Source of the DNA: Terriglobia bacterium
GTDB taxonomy: Bacteria; Acidobacteriota; Terriglobia; Versatilivoradales; Versatilivoraceae
Direction: 5' to 3'
Assembly (NCBI GenBank): GCA_963663845.2
Contig: OY760650.2
Span: 1,008,480 to 1,072,479 of the forward strand
Length of the DNA: 64,000 nucleotides
The stretch's first letter is position 1; the number at the start of each line of letters is the position of its first letter. The notes under the pieces were generated by a model, which was given only the letters and a program-made list of their open reading frames with translations, made no database searches and was not told the origin of the DNA. Positions 9,504 to 19,722 of this stretch are shown here, one piece after another. A program made the translations under genes and the position numbers.

Positions 9504-10402
9504 TTTCCCTGCCTCCATTCGAAGAAGCCGATCTTCTCCAGGCCCAGCTTGAGCTGGCGGGCCTCGTCGGGAGCGAGGGGAGGGTTGGGAGGCCGGGGGT
9601 CTCCGCAATCCAGATCCAGCCACTTGAGAATCTGCTTGAGGGAGGCCAGCACGTTGAAGGCGGTCAGCACCCGGACCGTCCGGTTGATTCCCCGTTGCAG
9701 CTCCAGGCCCCGCTCCCAGTCCCGGGCCAGGAAGGCGCGGTAGAGCTCCACGAACACCTTCAACATCACCGGATAGGTGGAACCGATCCCTCCCGCGCAG
9801 CCGGCCATCAAGCCGTACCAGAGCACCTGGTCCTCGCCGTTGAACACGGTAATCCTGCCGTCGTCGATGGCGGCCGTCAGGGTGATCTGGGACAGGTTGC
9901 CGCTGGAATCCTTGAGGCCCACCACGCCCGGAATGCGGATGAGCCGCTCGAAGATGCGGGTGTCCAGGTTGATGGGAATGCGGCCGGGAATGTTGTAGGC
10001 CAGCACCGGACGCTCGGCCGCCTCGGCCACCTGCCGGTAGAACTCGACCAGTCCGTCCAGGTCGGGCTGATAGAAATAGGCGGGGGGCATGCTGGACACC
10101 GCATCGGCTCCCGCCCGGCCGGCGTGACGGGCCAGGCTCACCGCGTCGGGAATCTGGAAAGCCCCCACGTGGGCCATCACCGGGACCCTGCCCCCGACGG
10201 CATCCAGGACGATCTCCAGCACCTGCTGCCGCTCCGGCACCGTCAGCAGCAGGCCTTCGCCCCCTCCTCCGCAGACGTAAAAGCCGTTCACGCCGACCTC
10301 CAGGGCGTGCCGCACCATCTTGCGCAAGCCGGTCTCGCTGACGGCGCCCTGAGCGTCGAACGGGGTCATGATGGCCGGATAGATTCCCTTGAGTTCCTTC
10401 AT
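9500..10402 (-). CDS. DHDPS/N-acetylneuraminate lyase family class I aldolase
   Basis: Real start MKELKGIYPAIMTPF with GGAGG RBS; YNIP and GLKDSS (Schiff-base Lys). The 946-aa ORF extension is a shadow of the upstream gene. Confidence 0.88.
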   Translation of the reverse strand: MKELKGIYPAIMTPFDAQGAVSETGLRKMVRHALEVGVNGFYVCGGGGEGLLLTVPERQQVLEIVLDAVGGRVPVMAHVGAFQIPDAVSLARHAGRAGADAVSSMPPAYFYQPDLDGLVEFYRQVAEAAERPVLAYNIPGRIPINLDTRIFERLIRIPGVVGLKDSSGNLSQITLTAAIDDGRITVFNGEDQVLWYGLMAGCAGGIGSTYPVMLKVFVELYRAFLARDWERGLELQRGINRTVRVLTAFNVLASLKQILKWLDLDCGDPRPPNPPLAPDEARQLKLGLEKIGFFEWRQGN

Positions 10403-10440
10403 GGGCAAGTCACCTCCAGTTCCGCTGCTCCCGCGGAGGC

Positions 10441-13293
10441 TCAGCGGTAATCGATGGACACGGAACGCAGCACCGGGGCCCCGGTCCCGTTGGGGCCGAC
10501 CAGCGTCGCCTTGAACTGCAGGAAGCGGGCCGGGGTCTTGAGTCCCTTCAGCGAAACGCGGCGGCCGGCGTAGACACTGCCTTCGCCGCCGGGCCCCCTC
10601 CAGGCGGCCTGGCGGAGAGCCTCGATGCTGTCGCCCCCTCTCACCTGGAACTCGACGCCCGAGGCAAAGGGGGTTTCCCCCTCCCAACCGAGGGTCTCGA
10701 AGCGCACCGGACCGCCGGCGTCGAAAGCCTCTGAAACGTAGTCGTAGCGGTCTCCCCGATCGGAGACGTGGCCCACGTCCACCCCGGCCAGGAAGTGGGG
10801 ACCGAGTCCGGGCAGAAGCTGGCGCCTCTCGGGAGAGAAGCCCTGGGGAGTCCCCTCGTAGAGAAAGGATAGGTTGCGGTGGGCGCTCTTCAGTTTGTGG
10901 CAGGCGAACAGCAGATCGGTGATGCCGTCGTTGTTGAAATCGGCGGCCATCACCCCCGAACCCGAGTGGGTGGGGATGTGGGTGACGCGGGAGGCGTCGA
11001 ACCCGCCGGCGGCGTTCCAGTAGATGTAGGAGGGGTGGGAGCGGGTCTCGCCCGCATGATAGCTGGTGGCCACGATATCCAGGAGGCCGTCCGCGTTGAG
11101 GTCGGCCACGGCCACACCTTCCGGCCCCATGGCCGGCAGCCGGGTCACCCGCTCCGCTTCGTAGCCCCCGGCGGCCCCCCAGTAGACCAGGATGTCGCTC
11201 TCCCGACCTCCTTCGGCCGACATCAGGTTGGTCGCCAGCAGTTCCAGCCAGCCGTCTCCATTGAGGTCGGCGATCTCGGTGGCCACCGCCAGTCCCGCCG
11301 GCAGCGACTTCCTGTTGGCGTTGTCGAAGCCCTCGGGGCCGTTCCAGAAAATCACCAGCTCGCGGTTGACCGTGGGAAACACCACGTCCAGCCAGCCGTC
11401 CCCGTTGAGGTCGGCAATGCTCTGGCAGCGGACTCCCTCCACCTGAAAGGTGAAGCGATGGTTGCGGGCAAACCCCATGGGGCCGCCCCAGTAGAGGTCG
11501 GTCCCGTGCCTGGCGGCATACTCGCTGAGGACCAGGTCCAGGTAGCCGTCTCGATTGAAGTCGGCCGGGCGGGCCGAGAAAGCCATCTCGGAGGAGACCA
11601 CCGTCTTGCGGGTCGAGCTGAAGCCCTGAGGCGAACCCCAGTAGACTGCCGATTCCGGACCGCCCATATAGATGTCCACCCAGCCGTCGTTGTCGATATC
11701 GGCCGAGGAGTACCCCTCCCCGGGGGAACCGAAGGGATGGTAGAGATCGAGGCGCTGGTCCACGCTGTATCTCCCCTTCTCGTTGCCCCAGTAGATATAG
11801 GCCGGCACCGGGTCGCCCGCCGAACCGTCGATGCGGTTCACGAAGACCAGGTCGGCCTTGCCGTCCCGATCGAAATCGGCGCTGCCGGCGGCGGCTGCCC
11901 CCAGGGTGGTCAACTCCAGGCGCCGGCCCCTGTCGAACCCCGCCGGACCGCCCCAGTAGACGTAGGAGGGCGCCTGGTGGGAACGGGCATTGTGCTCGTT
12001 GCTGAAGACCAGGTCGGGGTGACCGTCGCGGTTCAGGTCCACGATGAGGCAGTCGGTGGGGTTCAGGGTGGGCAGGACGGTTCGGCGGCGAGGCTCGAAT
12101 CCCCCGGCGCTGTTCCAGAAAATGGGCGAGCCACTCCCCGGCCCGGGGGCGGCATGGCCGGACTTCTGGGGCCCGTTGGCGAACACCAGGTCCGGCAGCC
12201 CGTCCTGGTCGAGATCTCCCGCCGCCACCGCGTTGGCCGCCACGGTGGGCAGCTCCAGGCGGCGCTCGGCGCTGTAGCCCCGGCTCGATCCCCAGTAGAC
12301 GAAGGAACGGATGGATTCGCTGTCGACGTCGGTATCCCACTCGCTGCGGTCATCGGGCTCGCGCATGAGCGGACGGTAGCGGTTGGCCAGAACGACCTCG
12401 GGGACCTGGTCGCCGTTGAGGTCGGCCAGGGCCACGGCTGCGCTGCGCTGCCCGGGAAGCACCGTACGCCGGTCTGCCGAATAGCTCCCTCCGGCGCCGC
12501 CCCAGTAGATCATGGCGCCGCCGAGATCAGCCCCGCTCCCCTCGTTGGCGAAGACGATCTCGGGAGAGCCGTCCCGGTCGAGGTCGGCGACGGCCACGTC
12601 GGTGGCGGCGACGGTGGGCAAGGACTGCCGCCGCTCGATGGAGAACCCCTCCTTCGAACCCCAATAGAGAAAGGAGGCGTTCTCGGGGCTTGAAGGCCGG
12701 CCGCCGGCCCAGGCGCTGTTGGCGAAGACGATCTCCGGGTAGCCGTCCCCATCCAGGTCGGCCACGGCAGCCGCCATGCCTCCCAGAGTGGGCAGCTCGC
12801 TTCTGCGCCCGGCGTCGAAGCCCTGGGCGCCGCCCCAGTAGATGAAGCTGTCCAGGTTGCTCTTGATCCCGTTGCGTCCGTTGACCACCACCAGATCGGT
12901 GAAGCCGTCTCCATTGAGGTCGCCCAGGGCCTGGCCGGTTCCGCCGCCGCTGGGAAGGCGCGTGCGTCGCCCGACGTGGTTCTCGTCCACGCCCCAGTAG
13001 ATGAAGAGATCGATCTGCTCGTTGTTGTCATGGGTGTTGGGGAGGACGATGTCGATGAAACCGTCCCGGTTGAGGTCCCAGAGGTTGATGAGCTTCACCT
13101 CTCCGGCGGCGGTGACGTAGGTGTTGGCGCCGGCGTCGCCCAGGGTTCCCCGGCTGAACTCCAGAAAACTGGAGACGGTCCAGCGCTTTGTGGGAGAGGC
13201 GTTTTGGGACCGGATTTGAGACCCGCCCCACACCCACAGGACACAGACCACCGCAAGACCCGAAATCATCGTTCTGCTTCGCATTGCAGCCAT
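10441..13293 (-). CDS. Secreted FG-GAP/VCBS repeat protein
   Basis: More than 10 DLNxDGxxDLV repeats alternating with SxIYWG; N-terminal hydrophobic signal; start uncertain (13284 or 13293). Confidence 0.85.
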   Translation of the reverse strand: MAAMRSRTMISGLAVVCVLWVWGGSQIRSQNASPTKRWTVSSFLEFSRGTLGDAGANTYVTAAGEVKLINLWDLNRDGFIDIVLPNTHDNNEQIDLFIYWGVDENHVGRRTRLPSGGGTGQALGDLNGDGFTDLVVVNGRNGIKSNLDSFIYWGGAQGFDAGRRSELPTLGGMAAAVADLDGDGYPEIVFANSAWAGGRPSSPENASFLYWGSKEGFSIERRQSLPTVAATDVAVADLDRDGSPEIVFANEGSGADLGGAMIYWGGAGGSYSADRRTVLPGQRSAAVALADLNGDQVPEVVLANRYRPLMREPDDRSEWDTDVDSESIRSFVYWGSSRGYSAERRLELPTVAANAVAAGDLDQDGLPDLVFANGPQKSGHAAPGPGSGSPIFWNSAGGFEPRRRTVLPTLNPTDCLIVDLNRDGHPDLVFSNEHNARSHQAPSYVYWGGPAGFDRGRRLELTTLGAAAAGSADFDRDGKADLVFVNRIDGSAGDPVPAYIYWGNEKGRYSVDQRLDLYHPFGSPGEGYSSADIDNDGWVDIYMGGPESAVYWGSPQGFSSTRKTVVSSEMAFSARPADFNRDGYLDLVLSEYAARHGTDLYWGGPMGFARNHRFTFQVEGVRCQSIADLNGDGWLDVVFPTVNRELVIFWNGPEGFDNANRKSLPAGLAVATEIADLNGDGWLELLATNLMSAEGGRESDILVYWGAAGGYEAERVTRLPAMGPEGVAVADLNADGLLDIVATSYHAGETRSHPSYIYWNAAGGFDASRVTHIPTHSGSGVMAADFNNDGITDLLFACHKLKSAHRNLSFLYEGTPQGFSPERRQLLPGLGPHFLAGVDVGHVSDRGDRYDYVSEAFDAGGPVRFETLGWEGETPFASGVEFQVRGGDSIEALRQAAWRGPGGEGSVYAGRRVSLKGLKTPARFLQFKATLVGPNGTGAPVLRSVSIDYR

Positions 13294-13684
13294 GCGCTCA
13301 CTCCCTGCCGGAAAACGGGCAGCCCTCGCCGGCCATGGTCTGTACAGAATTCTCGAAGTATCGGTCCCCGTCATTCAGAAGCAAGCCCGCCCTTTTGTCA
13401 ATAGAGTTTCTCCACCGGCCCACCTATAATCAGACGATGGATTCGCCCTCCGGTGAAGCATTTCATTTAGTGCCTGGAAAGACCGCTGGTACGGCAACGC
13501 AAGGAGACCAACAGAGACATCGAATGAACCGCGATCTGCTGAATGATTCTTAAGCGGATATGCGGCAGCAACAAAAACCTCCGACTCATTGGCCAAGCGG
13601 ATGTGGAAGTGAGGAGTGGTTGGAGTTTGAAGGTGGTGGATGTCTTTCCATCGTGTGAAGGCCCGAAACGCAAGGACCGCCGAC

Positions 13685-15127
13685 ATGCAAGAAACGGACA
13701 ACCATAGTCAGAAACCCGTAATGTTTCGATTCAGAAACATCGGACCGGTAAAAGACGCCGAACTGGAGTTGGGCAACCTAACAGTAATCGCCGGCCGCAA
13801 CAACACCGGCAAGACCTACATCGTGTACACGCTCTACGGCTTCCTGAAGATGTGGAGGCGTTTCTCGAAGTGGTTTGTCTTGCCGGACGAGAAACCGCGT
13901 GATGTCGAATTCCCTGGTCGACAGGACTGGAAGCGCTTTGCCAAACAACTCGCCAAGAGCGGTCGCTGCACCTTCCCACTGGACGAAAAAGCATTCGATC
14001 GGCAGCAAGAGGGGATCATTCAGCTCGTGACCCAGGGTTTTTCGGAACAAGCTCTGTCGGAAGTATTCAGTTCCCAGCATGCAAGCTTTGAAGAATCCTC
14101 CATCGAAATAGTCGTGAACCGTGATAAATCCAGGTCCCCGCGGTCGTACAAGAAAGAGAGCGAGACCGCCAAAGTTTCCATCGAGTACGATGGAAGTGAG
14201 GTTGTTGTGACCTTGGATGAGGTGGAGGAGCAACGTTCACCTGATTGGCTGGCGGGTTATATTGCTCACCATTACGTACTTTTCCTGCTCGAAAGCCTGT
14301 TGCCTGACCCCTTCATACTGTCCTCCGAACGCTTCGTCATCCCCCTGTTCTACCGTGAACTCGACTTCACCAAGAACCAGTTGGTCGATCTGCTGCAGAA
14401 AATGGGCGATGACAAGAATCGTGACAGGACTTCTCCCTATCGGCTCATCGACAAGGCCACCAGCCGGTATGCCCTTCCAATCAAGGACAATATCGACTAC
14501 ACCAGGAGCCTTCCAGATTTAGGACAGAGCAAGAGCGAAATCTACAACAACAAGCTGTTCGACGATATCAAGGACATGATGGGCGGCTACTACGGGGCGT
14601 CCGGTGACGACATACGTTTCATCTCCAAGGCGCGCGGCAAGGGGCGCAGCTTCAACATACCGCTGCACCTCGCTTCCTCTTCGGTCCGCGGGTTGTCGGA
14701 CTTCTATTTCTTCTTGCGGCACGTTGCCAGCAGTAACCATCTCCTCATCATCGACGAGCCTGAAAGCCATCTCGATACCGCCAACCAGATTCAGTTGGCG
14801 CGTCTGCTGGCCCGGCTCGTTAAATCCGGATTGAAAGTCCTCATCACGACGCACAGCGACTATCTGATCATGGAAATCAACAACCTCGTGATGCTGAGCA
14901 GACCCTTCGCGGATAAGGAGCAGGTAGTCAAGAAACTGAAATACAGCCTGGATGATTTTCTTGCGCCTGATACCATCCGGGCGTACGTCTCCGAACACCA
15001 TGGCCTGAGTAGGTGTACCGTCGATGAATTTGGCATCGACATGCCGGTCTTTGACAAGACCATGGACCAGATCAACCGGGCGGCAAACGAACTGGCGTCA
15101 CGAGTGATGGAAGTTCGGGAGGCCTAA
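13685..15127 (+). CDS. ABC-type/AAA_15-AAA_21-like ATPase
   Basis: NIGPVK, Walker A GRNNTGKT, degenerate signature LASSSV, Walker B IIDEPESHL, H-loop ITTHS; lower GC than flanks. Confidence 0.88.
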   Translation: MQETDNHSQKPVMFRFRNIGPVKDAELELGNLTVIAGRNNTGKTYIVYTLYGFLKMWRRFSKWFVLPDEKPRDVEFPGRQDWKRFAKQLAKSGRCTFPLDEKAFDRQQEGIIQLVTQGFSEQALSEVFSSQHASFEESSIEIVVNRDKSRSPRSYKKESETAKVSIEYDGSEVVVTLDEVEEQRSPDWLAGYIAHHYVLFLLESLLPDPFILSSERFVIPLFYRELDFTKNQLVDLLQKMGDDKNRDRTSPYRLIDKATSRYALPIKDNIDYTRSLPDLGQSKSEIYNNKLFDDIKDMMGGYYGASGDDIRFISKARGKGRSFNIPLHLASSSVRGLSDFYFFLRHVASSNHLLIIDEPESHLDTANQIQLARLLARLVKSGLKVLITTHSDYLIMEINNLVMLSRPFADKEQVVKKLKYSLDDFLAPDTIRAYVSEHHGLSRCTVDEFGIDMPVFDKTMDQINRAANELASRVMEVREA

Positions 15128-15128
15128 A

Positions 15129-15701
15129 GTGGCGATGTCCGCCCACCTCAAGGAGATTCTGGACGCCAAGGCGCTGACGCCGCAACCGACTGACGACGTT
15201 ATCAGGCTTCGAGAAAAAGGAGTGATGGAAGTGGAGGTAGTCGATCCGCCATCGGACCTCACAACTGTCGCCATGGAGAGGCTTGGCAGATTATCAGGCA
15301 TGAAGGATGGCGAATGGACGCAGGTATGTGACTACCTGCTGGCTTACCCACGAAAGGGCAAGGATCACATCATTTTCGTCGAGCTCAAGAAGACGTTGGA
15401 TGAAGACAGAGGAAAGGCGATGGAGCAACTGCGCCGGTCGTTGCCACTACTGGAGTACCTGCGTTCAGTATGCGAGATTCATTTCGGCAGTGAACCAGTC
15501 TCGCGTCGAATCGCGGTGCAGTATCTTCTGATTGGTGAAAGAATGCGATCGAGACTCGACAAAAAGCAGTCTGTGAATCCGGACCCGGCAAGGAAACTGG
15601 AAACACAGGACTACCGGGACATCGCGGTAACCACATTTGTTGGGTCGAGAGTTCGTTTCGATCTTCTTGTGAGCCAATCAACAAGAAGCACTCATTCTTG
15701 A
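15129..15701 (+). CDS. Hypothetical protein, putative PD-(D/E)xK-like nuclease partner of the ATPase
   Basis: Starts 1 nt after the ATPase stop; CDYLL...IIFVELK resembles the D...ExK catalytic motif. Confidence 0.6.
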   Translation: MAMSAHLKEILDAKALTPQPTDDVIRLREKGVMEVEVVDPPSDLTTVAMERLGRLSGMKDGEWTQVCDYLLAYPRKGKDHIIFVELKKTLDEDRGKAMEQLRRSLPLLEYLRSVCEIHFGSEPVSRRIAVQYLLIGERMRSRLDKKQSVNPDPARKLETQDYRDIAVTTFVGSRVRFDLLVSQSTRSTHS

Positions 15702-15733
15702 GCATCGGCAGCAGCGCCGACAGGAGCCTTCCC

Positions 15734-16912
15734 ATGGAAGAAGCCCGCCCCGTCCGGCCGGAGGAGCTGGACCAGACCCTGGCCCTGGTGAACAAGGTCT
15801 TCAGGACCGGCGTCGACCAGGACATGTCCACCGACTACCCCCTGGTTTTCGCCCCCGGCAACCTGGACAACCTTCGGGTGGTGTCGGAGGGCGGCAGCAT
15901 CTTCAGCCATGCGGCCATGGCGCGGCGGGAACTGCGGGAGCATGACTGCGCGCTTCCCGTCAGCATGATCTGCGCCGTAGCCACCGATCCGGAACGCCGG
16001 CGGCGCGGGGCCGCCAGCAGGATCATGGAGGACACCGTCGAGGCCATGGCCGCCCGGGGCGACGCCTTCGGACTGCTGTGGACCGGACCCGCCCGGGACT
16101 TCTACCGGCGCCTGGGCTGGGAGGTGGTGGGGTCCAACGGCTGGGCCTACCAGGTGGAACCCCAACTGGCCGGCCGGTTCGAGCGACCTCTGCCCGTTCG
16201 CCCATTTCAAGTCGGGACAGACCTGGACAGGATCATCGAGATTCACGAGGCCCAGCCCCGCCGGTTGACGCGGACTCGAGCCGAAACCCGGACGTTGCTC
16301 GGCCTTCCCAAGTCGGAAGTCTGGGTGGCGGAGAAACAAGGGCGGGTGGAGGGCTACCTGGTGGTTGCCCGGGCCCACAACAAGTCGGGCGTGGTGGAGT
16401 GGGGCGGGACCCCGGGGGCCCTGTCCTCGCTGCTGGCCCGGGTGCTGCCCCAGCCGGCGGGCGAACGGATGCAGGTGTTCGTGCCCATCCCCGACAACCC
16501 CATGACCGAGCTGTTGACCGGCCGGGGCTGCCGGACACGCATCCCCATGGAGATAGCCGACGGCTGCGGCCTCAAGATGGTCAGGGTTCTTTCGCTGGGA
16601 AACCTGCTACGGCAACTCTCTCCCCATATCAAGAGTCGCCTGACCGGAGGCTCGGGCCAGGTGAGCCTTCGGGTCCGTGAAACCCGTGAGCACGTGGATC
16701 TGAGGTGGGACGGGACCGGCCTGAAAGTCGGTGGCGGCAGGGCTTCCGGACCTCGGGACGCCGCACAGGAGCTTTCTCTTCGCCAGGCGGCACGGCTGGT
16801 CTTCGGACCCGACAAGCCGTCGCAGATCCTCGACCCTTCGCAGGAAGCCACTCAGGATCTGGACCGGGCCTTCCCCTTCGGCTTCCACATCTGGATGCTG
16901 GACTACGTGTGA
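15734..16912 (+). CDS. Eis-like GNAT acetyltransferase with C-terminal SCP2-like region
   Basis: VATDPERRRRGAAS, FYRRLGWE, C-terminal ARLVFG. Confidence 0.78.
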   Translation: MEEARPVRPEELDQTLALVNKVFRTGVDQDMSTDYPLVFAPGNLDNLRVVSEGGSIFSHAAMARRELREHDCALPVSMICAVATDPERRRRGAASRIMEDTVEAMAARGDAFGLLWTGPARDFYRRLGWEVVGSNGWAYQVEPQLAGRFERPLPVRPFQVGTDLDRIIEIHEAQPRRLTRTRAETRTLLGLPKSEVWVAEKQGRVEGYLVVARAHNKSGVVEWGGTPGALSSLLARVLPQPAGERMQVFVPIPDNPMTELLTGRGCRTRIPMEIADGCGLKMVRVLSLGNLLRQLSPHIKSRLTGGSGQVSLRVRETREHVDLRWDGTGLKVGGGRASGPRDAAQELSLRQAARLVFGPDKPSQILDPSQEATQDLDRAFPFGFHIWMLDYV

Positions 16913-16960
16913 GCGCCGGCGCCGTCACTGGACCGGCAGACCGCCAGCCCACGCAAGCGC

Positions 16961-17716
16961 CTATCCCGGCCTGACCGCGGCCACCTTGTCCAGGTAGGCG
17001 CGGCCGGCTTCCTCGAGCCAGGCGTTGTAGTTGGTCAGGAAGAACCGCACTCCCAAATCGTGGTAGTGCTGCAGCTTGTCCTCGTACCCCAGCGCGCCCG
17101 GCGTCCTCCCCGAAGCCACGATCTGTCGAAACGCCCCCTCCACCACCGCTTCCACCTTGGGGTCCCGGTGCTTGCCTGCCATGCCCATGGTCTGGGCCAG
17201 GTCCCCGGGCGCCACGAAAAAGACGTCTATGTGGTCGACCGACAGGATTTCGTCCAGGTTCTCCACCGCCTGCATCTCCTCGATCAGGACGATGACCAGC
17301 GTTTCCGTGTTGGCCTGCTCATAGTAGTCGGAGCCGCCGTAGGACCTTCTGCCCTCAAAGATGCCGCGCCGGCCTACCGGCGCAAAAAAGGCGGACTCCA
17401 CCACCCGCTCCGCCTCGGCCCTGCTGCTGACGTGAGGGACCACGATGCCGTTGACCCCCAGGTCCAGGACGCGGGTGATCACTCCGGGATCGTTCTGGTG
17501 CAGGCGGGCCACCGAAGTCATTCCCCACAGGTCGCAGGCCCTGGAGAGATCGCCGATTCCCCCCCAGCTCACCGAACCGTGCTCCCCCTCCAGCCAGATT
17601 CCGTCAAAGCCCAGTGGGCCCATGAAATCGATAGTGTCGCCGGTATTGCTGTGTCCTCCGACGGCCACGGCCACCTCACCCTTGTTGAGCTTTTCCTTGA
17701 CTCGATTCCCTCGCAT
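16961..17716 (-). CDS. HpcH/HpaI class II aldolase family
   Basis: GFDGIWLEGEHG, VLDLGVNGIVVPHV, FVAPGDL. Confidence 0.88.
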   Translation of the reverse strand: MRGNRVKEKLNKGEVAVAVGGHSNTGDTIDFMGPLGFDGIWLEGEHGSVSWGGIGDLSRACDLWGMTSVARLHQNDPGVITRVLDLGVNGIVVPHVSSRAEAERVVESAFFAPVGRRGIFEGRRSYGGSDYYEQANTETLVIVLIEEMQAVENLDEILSVDHIDVFFVAPGDLAQTMGMAGKHRDPKVEAVVEGAFRQIVASGRTPGALGYEDKLQHYHDLGVRFFLTNYNAWLEEAGRAYLDKVAAVRPG

Positions 17717-18121
17717 GCTCTTGTCCTCTCCGTGTTCGGCAAACAGTATCCAATGCAGGCGCTCATCTCACCGGCCTGCCCGCTGCACCCGAGAAAACCG
17801 CCCGCGCCGGGTGCCTCGGGACGCCAACCCTCATCCGAGTTTGCGCCTTGACCCCGCACCGGCTTTGTCATAGGCTCCTGCCGTAGACGCTCCGCGAGCA
17901 AGCAGCGCTCCTCTTGCCGAGTCGCACCGATTCGAGCCGACGGAGGAGACCCTCCGTGCCCGCAGTTTCTTCCTGCCCGGGGGGCCAGGCAGGTGGAGCA
18001 TACCTCAGGCGCGTCAGTCGCAGGAAGCTTTTGAGCCGGTTCCCGGCGTTATTTCCCCAGGCCTGCCGCCGGTCGGGGACAGGCCGCCCCTCATTCGCCA
18101 TCCCCTTGGGGACGGGACAGG

Positions 18122-19705
18122 ATGCGCAACGTGAAACCCTCTCTGAATCGCCGGCAATTTCTGGGCGGAGCCGCCCTGGCGGCCCCGGGCCTGCTGGCCC
18201 CAGGCGGAGCCGCTTCGGCCGCCGGGCCGCGGTCCAAGCCGAAGCAGGCGTCCAGGCCGCGGCGGACCATGTATTTCAACGACGCCCGCCACTACTACCT
18301 CTACGCCTTCGAGCCGCCCATGACCATGGAGGACGCCTGGCGTCCGGTGGACGAGCTGGTGGAGACCTCGGTCGACACCTTGATCTACGGGGTGGAAACC
18401 GGAGGCGGGCTGTTCAGCGACACCAAGGTGGGCCGGCGGGCCATGTCGCAGACGCTTCCCTTCGAGAGCTCCTACTACTGGCGGGCCTGGTACAACATGC
18501 AGAGCCTGATCGATCGGGGGCTGGACCCCTTGCAGGTGCTGATCGATCGGGCCCACCAACGCCAACTGGACTTCATCATCAGCATGCGCATGGGCGGAGC
18601 GCCCCGGGATCCTCGCTACGTCATCGGCACTTCGGGGCCGGCCGCCGGAGGCGGAGGCCGCCTGGAGAACAACATGGACTTCGCCCATCCCTGGGTCAGG
18701 GACACGCAGTTCTCCTGGATGGAAGAACTGGCCGGCTACCCGGCCGAAGGCATCGAGTACGACTTCGCCTTCACTCCCTACTATTTCAAGCCGAGCGAGG
18801 TCGAGCGCCACACGCCCCTGATGACCGCCTACGTGCGGCGGCTCTCGGAGATGATTCGAAGCAAGGGGCAAAACCGGATCGTGGGGGCCCGGGTCTTTCC
18901 GACCGAGGCCATGAATCGTTCGCTGGGGCTGGACGTCAGGACCTGGGTGGAGGAGAAGCTGGTCGACTACCTGGCGCCCCTCTACTACGGATACTTCCTG
19001 CTGGATCCCAATCTGCCCTTCGAGTCGCTGGTCGAGTTGGCCCGGCCGGGCGGAGCCGACGTCTACCCTGTCCTGCAGCCCTACTTCATGCAGCACGAGA
19101 AGCATGCCAGCCCGGCCATGCTGCGCGCCGCCATCGCCAACTACTGGGCCAAGGGGGCGGACGGCCTGATCGTGGCTCCCTGGTTCCCCTGGCCCTTCCG
19201 GGAGGAGGAGCGGGCGCTGCTGACCGACATCGGCGACCCCGAAGCCGTCAAGGAACGGAGCAAGCACTACTTCGTCTCCCCACGCATCGAGGATGCGGCA
19301 GCGTTGGGCTACGACCACCCGCTCCCTTTGAAGTTGGAGGGGAACAGTCCCAAGAGCTCGACCGTACCCTTTCATGTCGCCGACGACTGCCGGTCGGACC
19401 GGGTGGGTCGAACCCGGCTGCTGCTGAGAGTGCGCAACCTGGTGACCGCCGACACCCTGGAGTTGAGCCTCAACGGCAGCTCGCTGGGCGGAGAGCCCAT
19501 GCGACGCACCAGCCACCGCTACGACTTCCAGTGGCTGGAGTACACCCTGAGCAAGGCGCTGCCCCGCTCCGGGGAGAACCTGCTGTCGGCCAGGCTGGCC
19601 TCCCGTCCCGAGGGACTGGGCGGAGGGGTCACCATTGACCGGGTGGAGATCCTGGTCGAGTACGAGGGTCCCCGGTCCATATCCGGCAGACCCGACATGC
19701 TGTAG
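18122..19705 (+). CDS. Tat-exported TIM-barrel glycoside-hydrolase-like protein (GHL10/DUF187-like), paralog 1
   Basis: NRRQFLGG Tat motif; YFNDARH, EGIEYDF, GADGL; C-terminal beta domain. Confidence 0.65.
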   Translation: MRNVKPSLNRRQFLGGAALAAPGLLAPGGAASAAGPRSKPKQASRPRRTMYFNDARHYYLYAFEPPMTMEDAWRPVDELVETSVDTLIYGVETGGGLFSDTKVGRRAMSQTLPFESSYYWRAWYNMQSLIDRGLDPLQVLIDRAHQRQLDFIISMRMGGAPRDPRYVIGTSGPAAGGGGRLENNMDFAHPWVRDTQFSWMEELAGYPAEGIEYDFAFTPYYFKPSEVERHTPLMTAYVRRLSEMIRSKGQNRIVGARVFPTEAMNRSLGLDVRTWVEEKLVDYLAPLYYGYFLLDPNLPFESLVELARPGGADVYPVLQPYFMQHEKHASPAMLRAAIANYWAKGADGLIVAPWFPWPFREEERALLTDIGDPEAVKERSKHYFVSPRIEDAAALGYDHPLPLKLEGNSPKSSTVPFHVADDCRSDRVGRTRLLLRVRNLVTADTLELSLNGSSLGGEPMRRTSHRYDFQWLEYTLSKALPRSGENLLSARLASRPEGLGGGVTIDRVEILVEYEGPRSISGRPDML

Positions 19706-19722
19706 ACAAGGAGTGAAACACG

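Noticed and set aside
9500-12340. 946-aa ORF suggesting a giant aldolase fusion
   Set aside because: The N-terminal ~645 aa are Arg/Gly/Pro-rich off-frame sequence overlapping the FG-GAP gene; the aldolase has its own RBS and ATG at 10402.
13546-15703. ATTCTTAAGC / ATTCTTGAGC as att sites bounding the ATPase island
   Set aside because: Only a 9/10 match, no integrase or tRNA, and the AT-rich sequence appears to start further left; compatible with chance.
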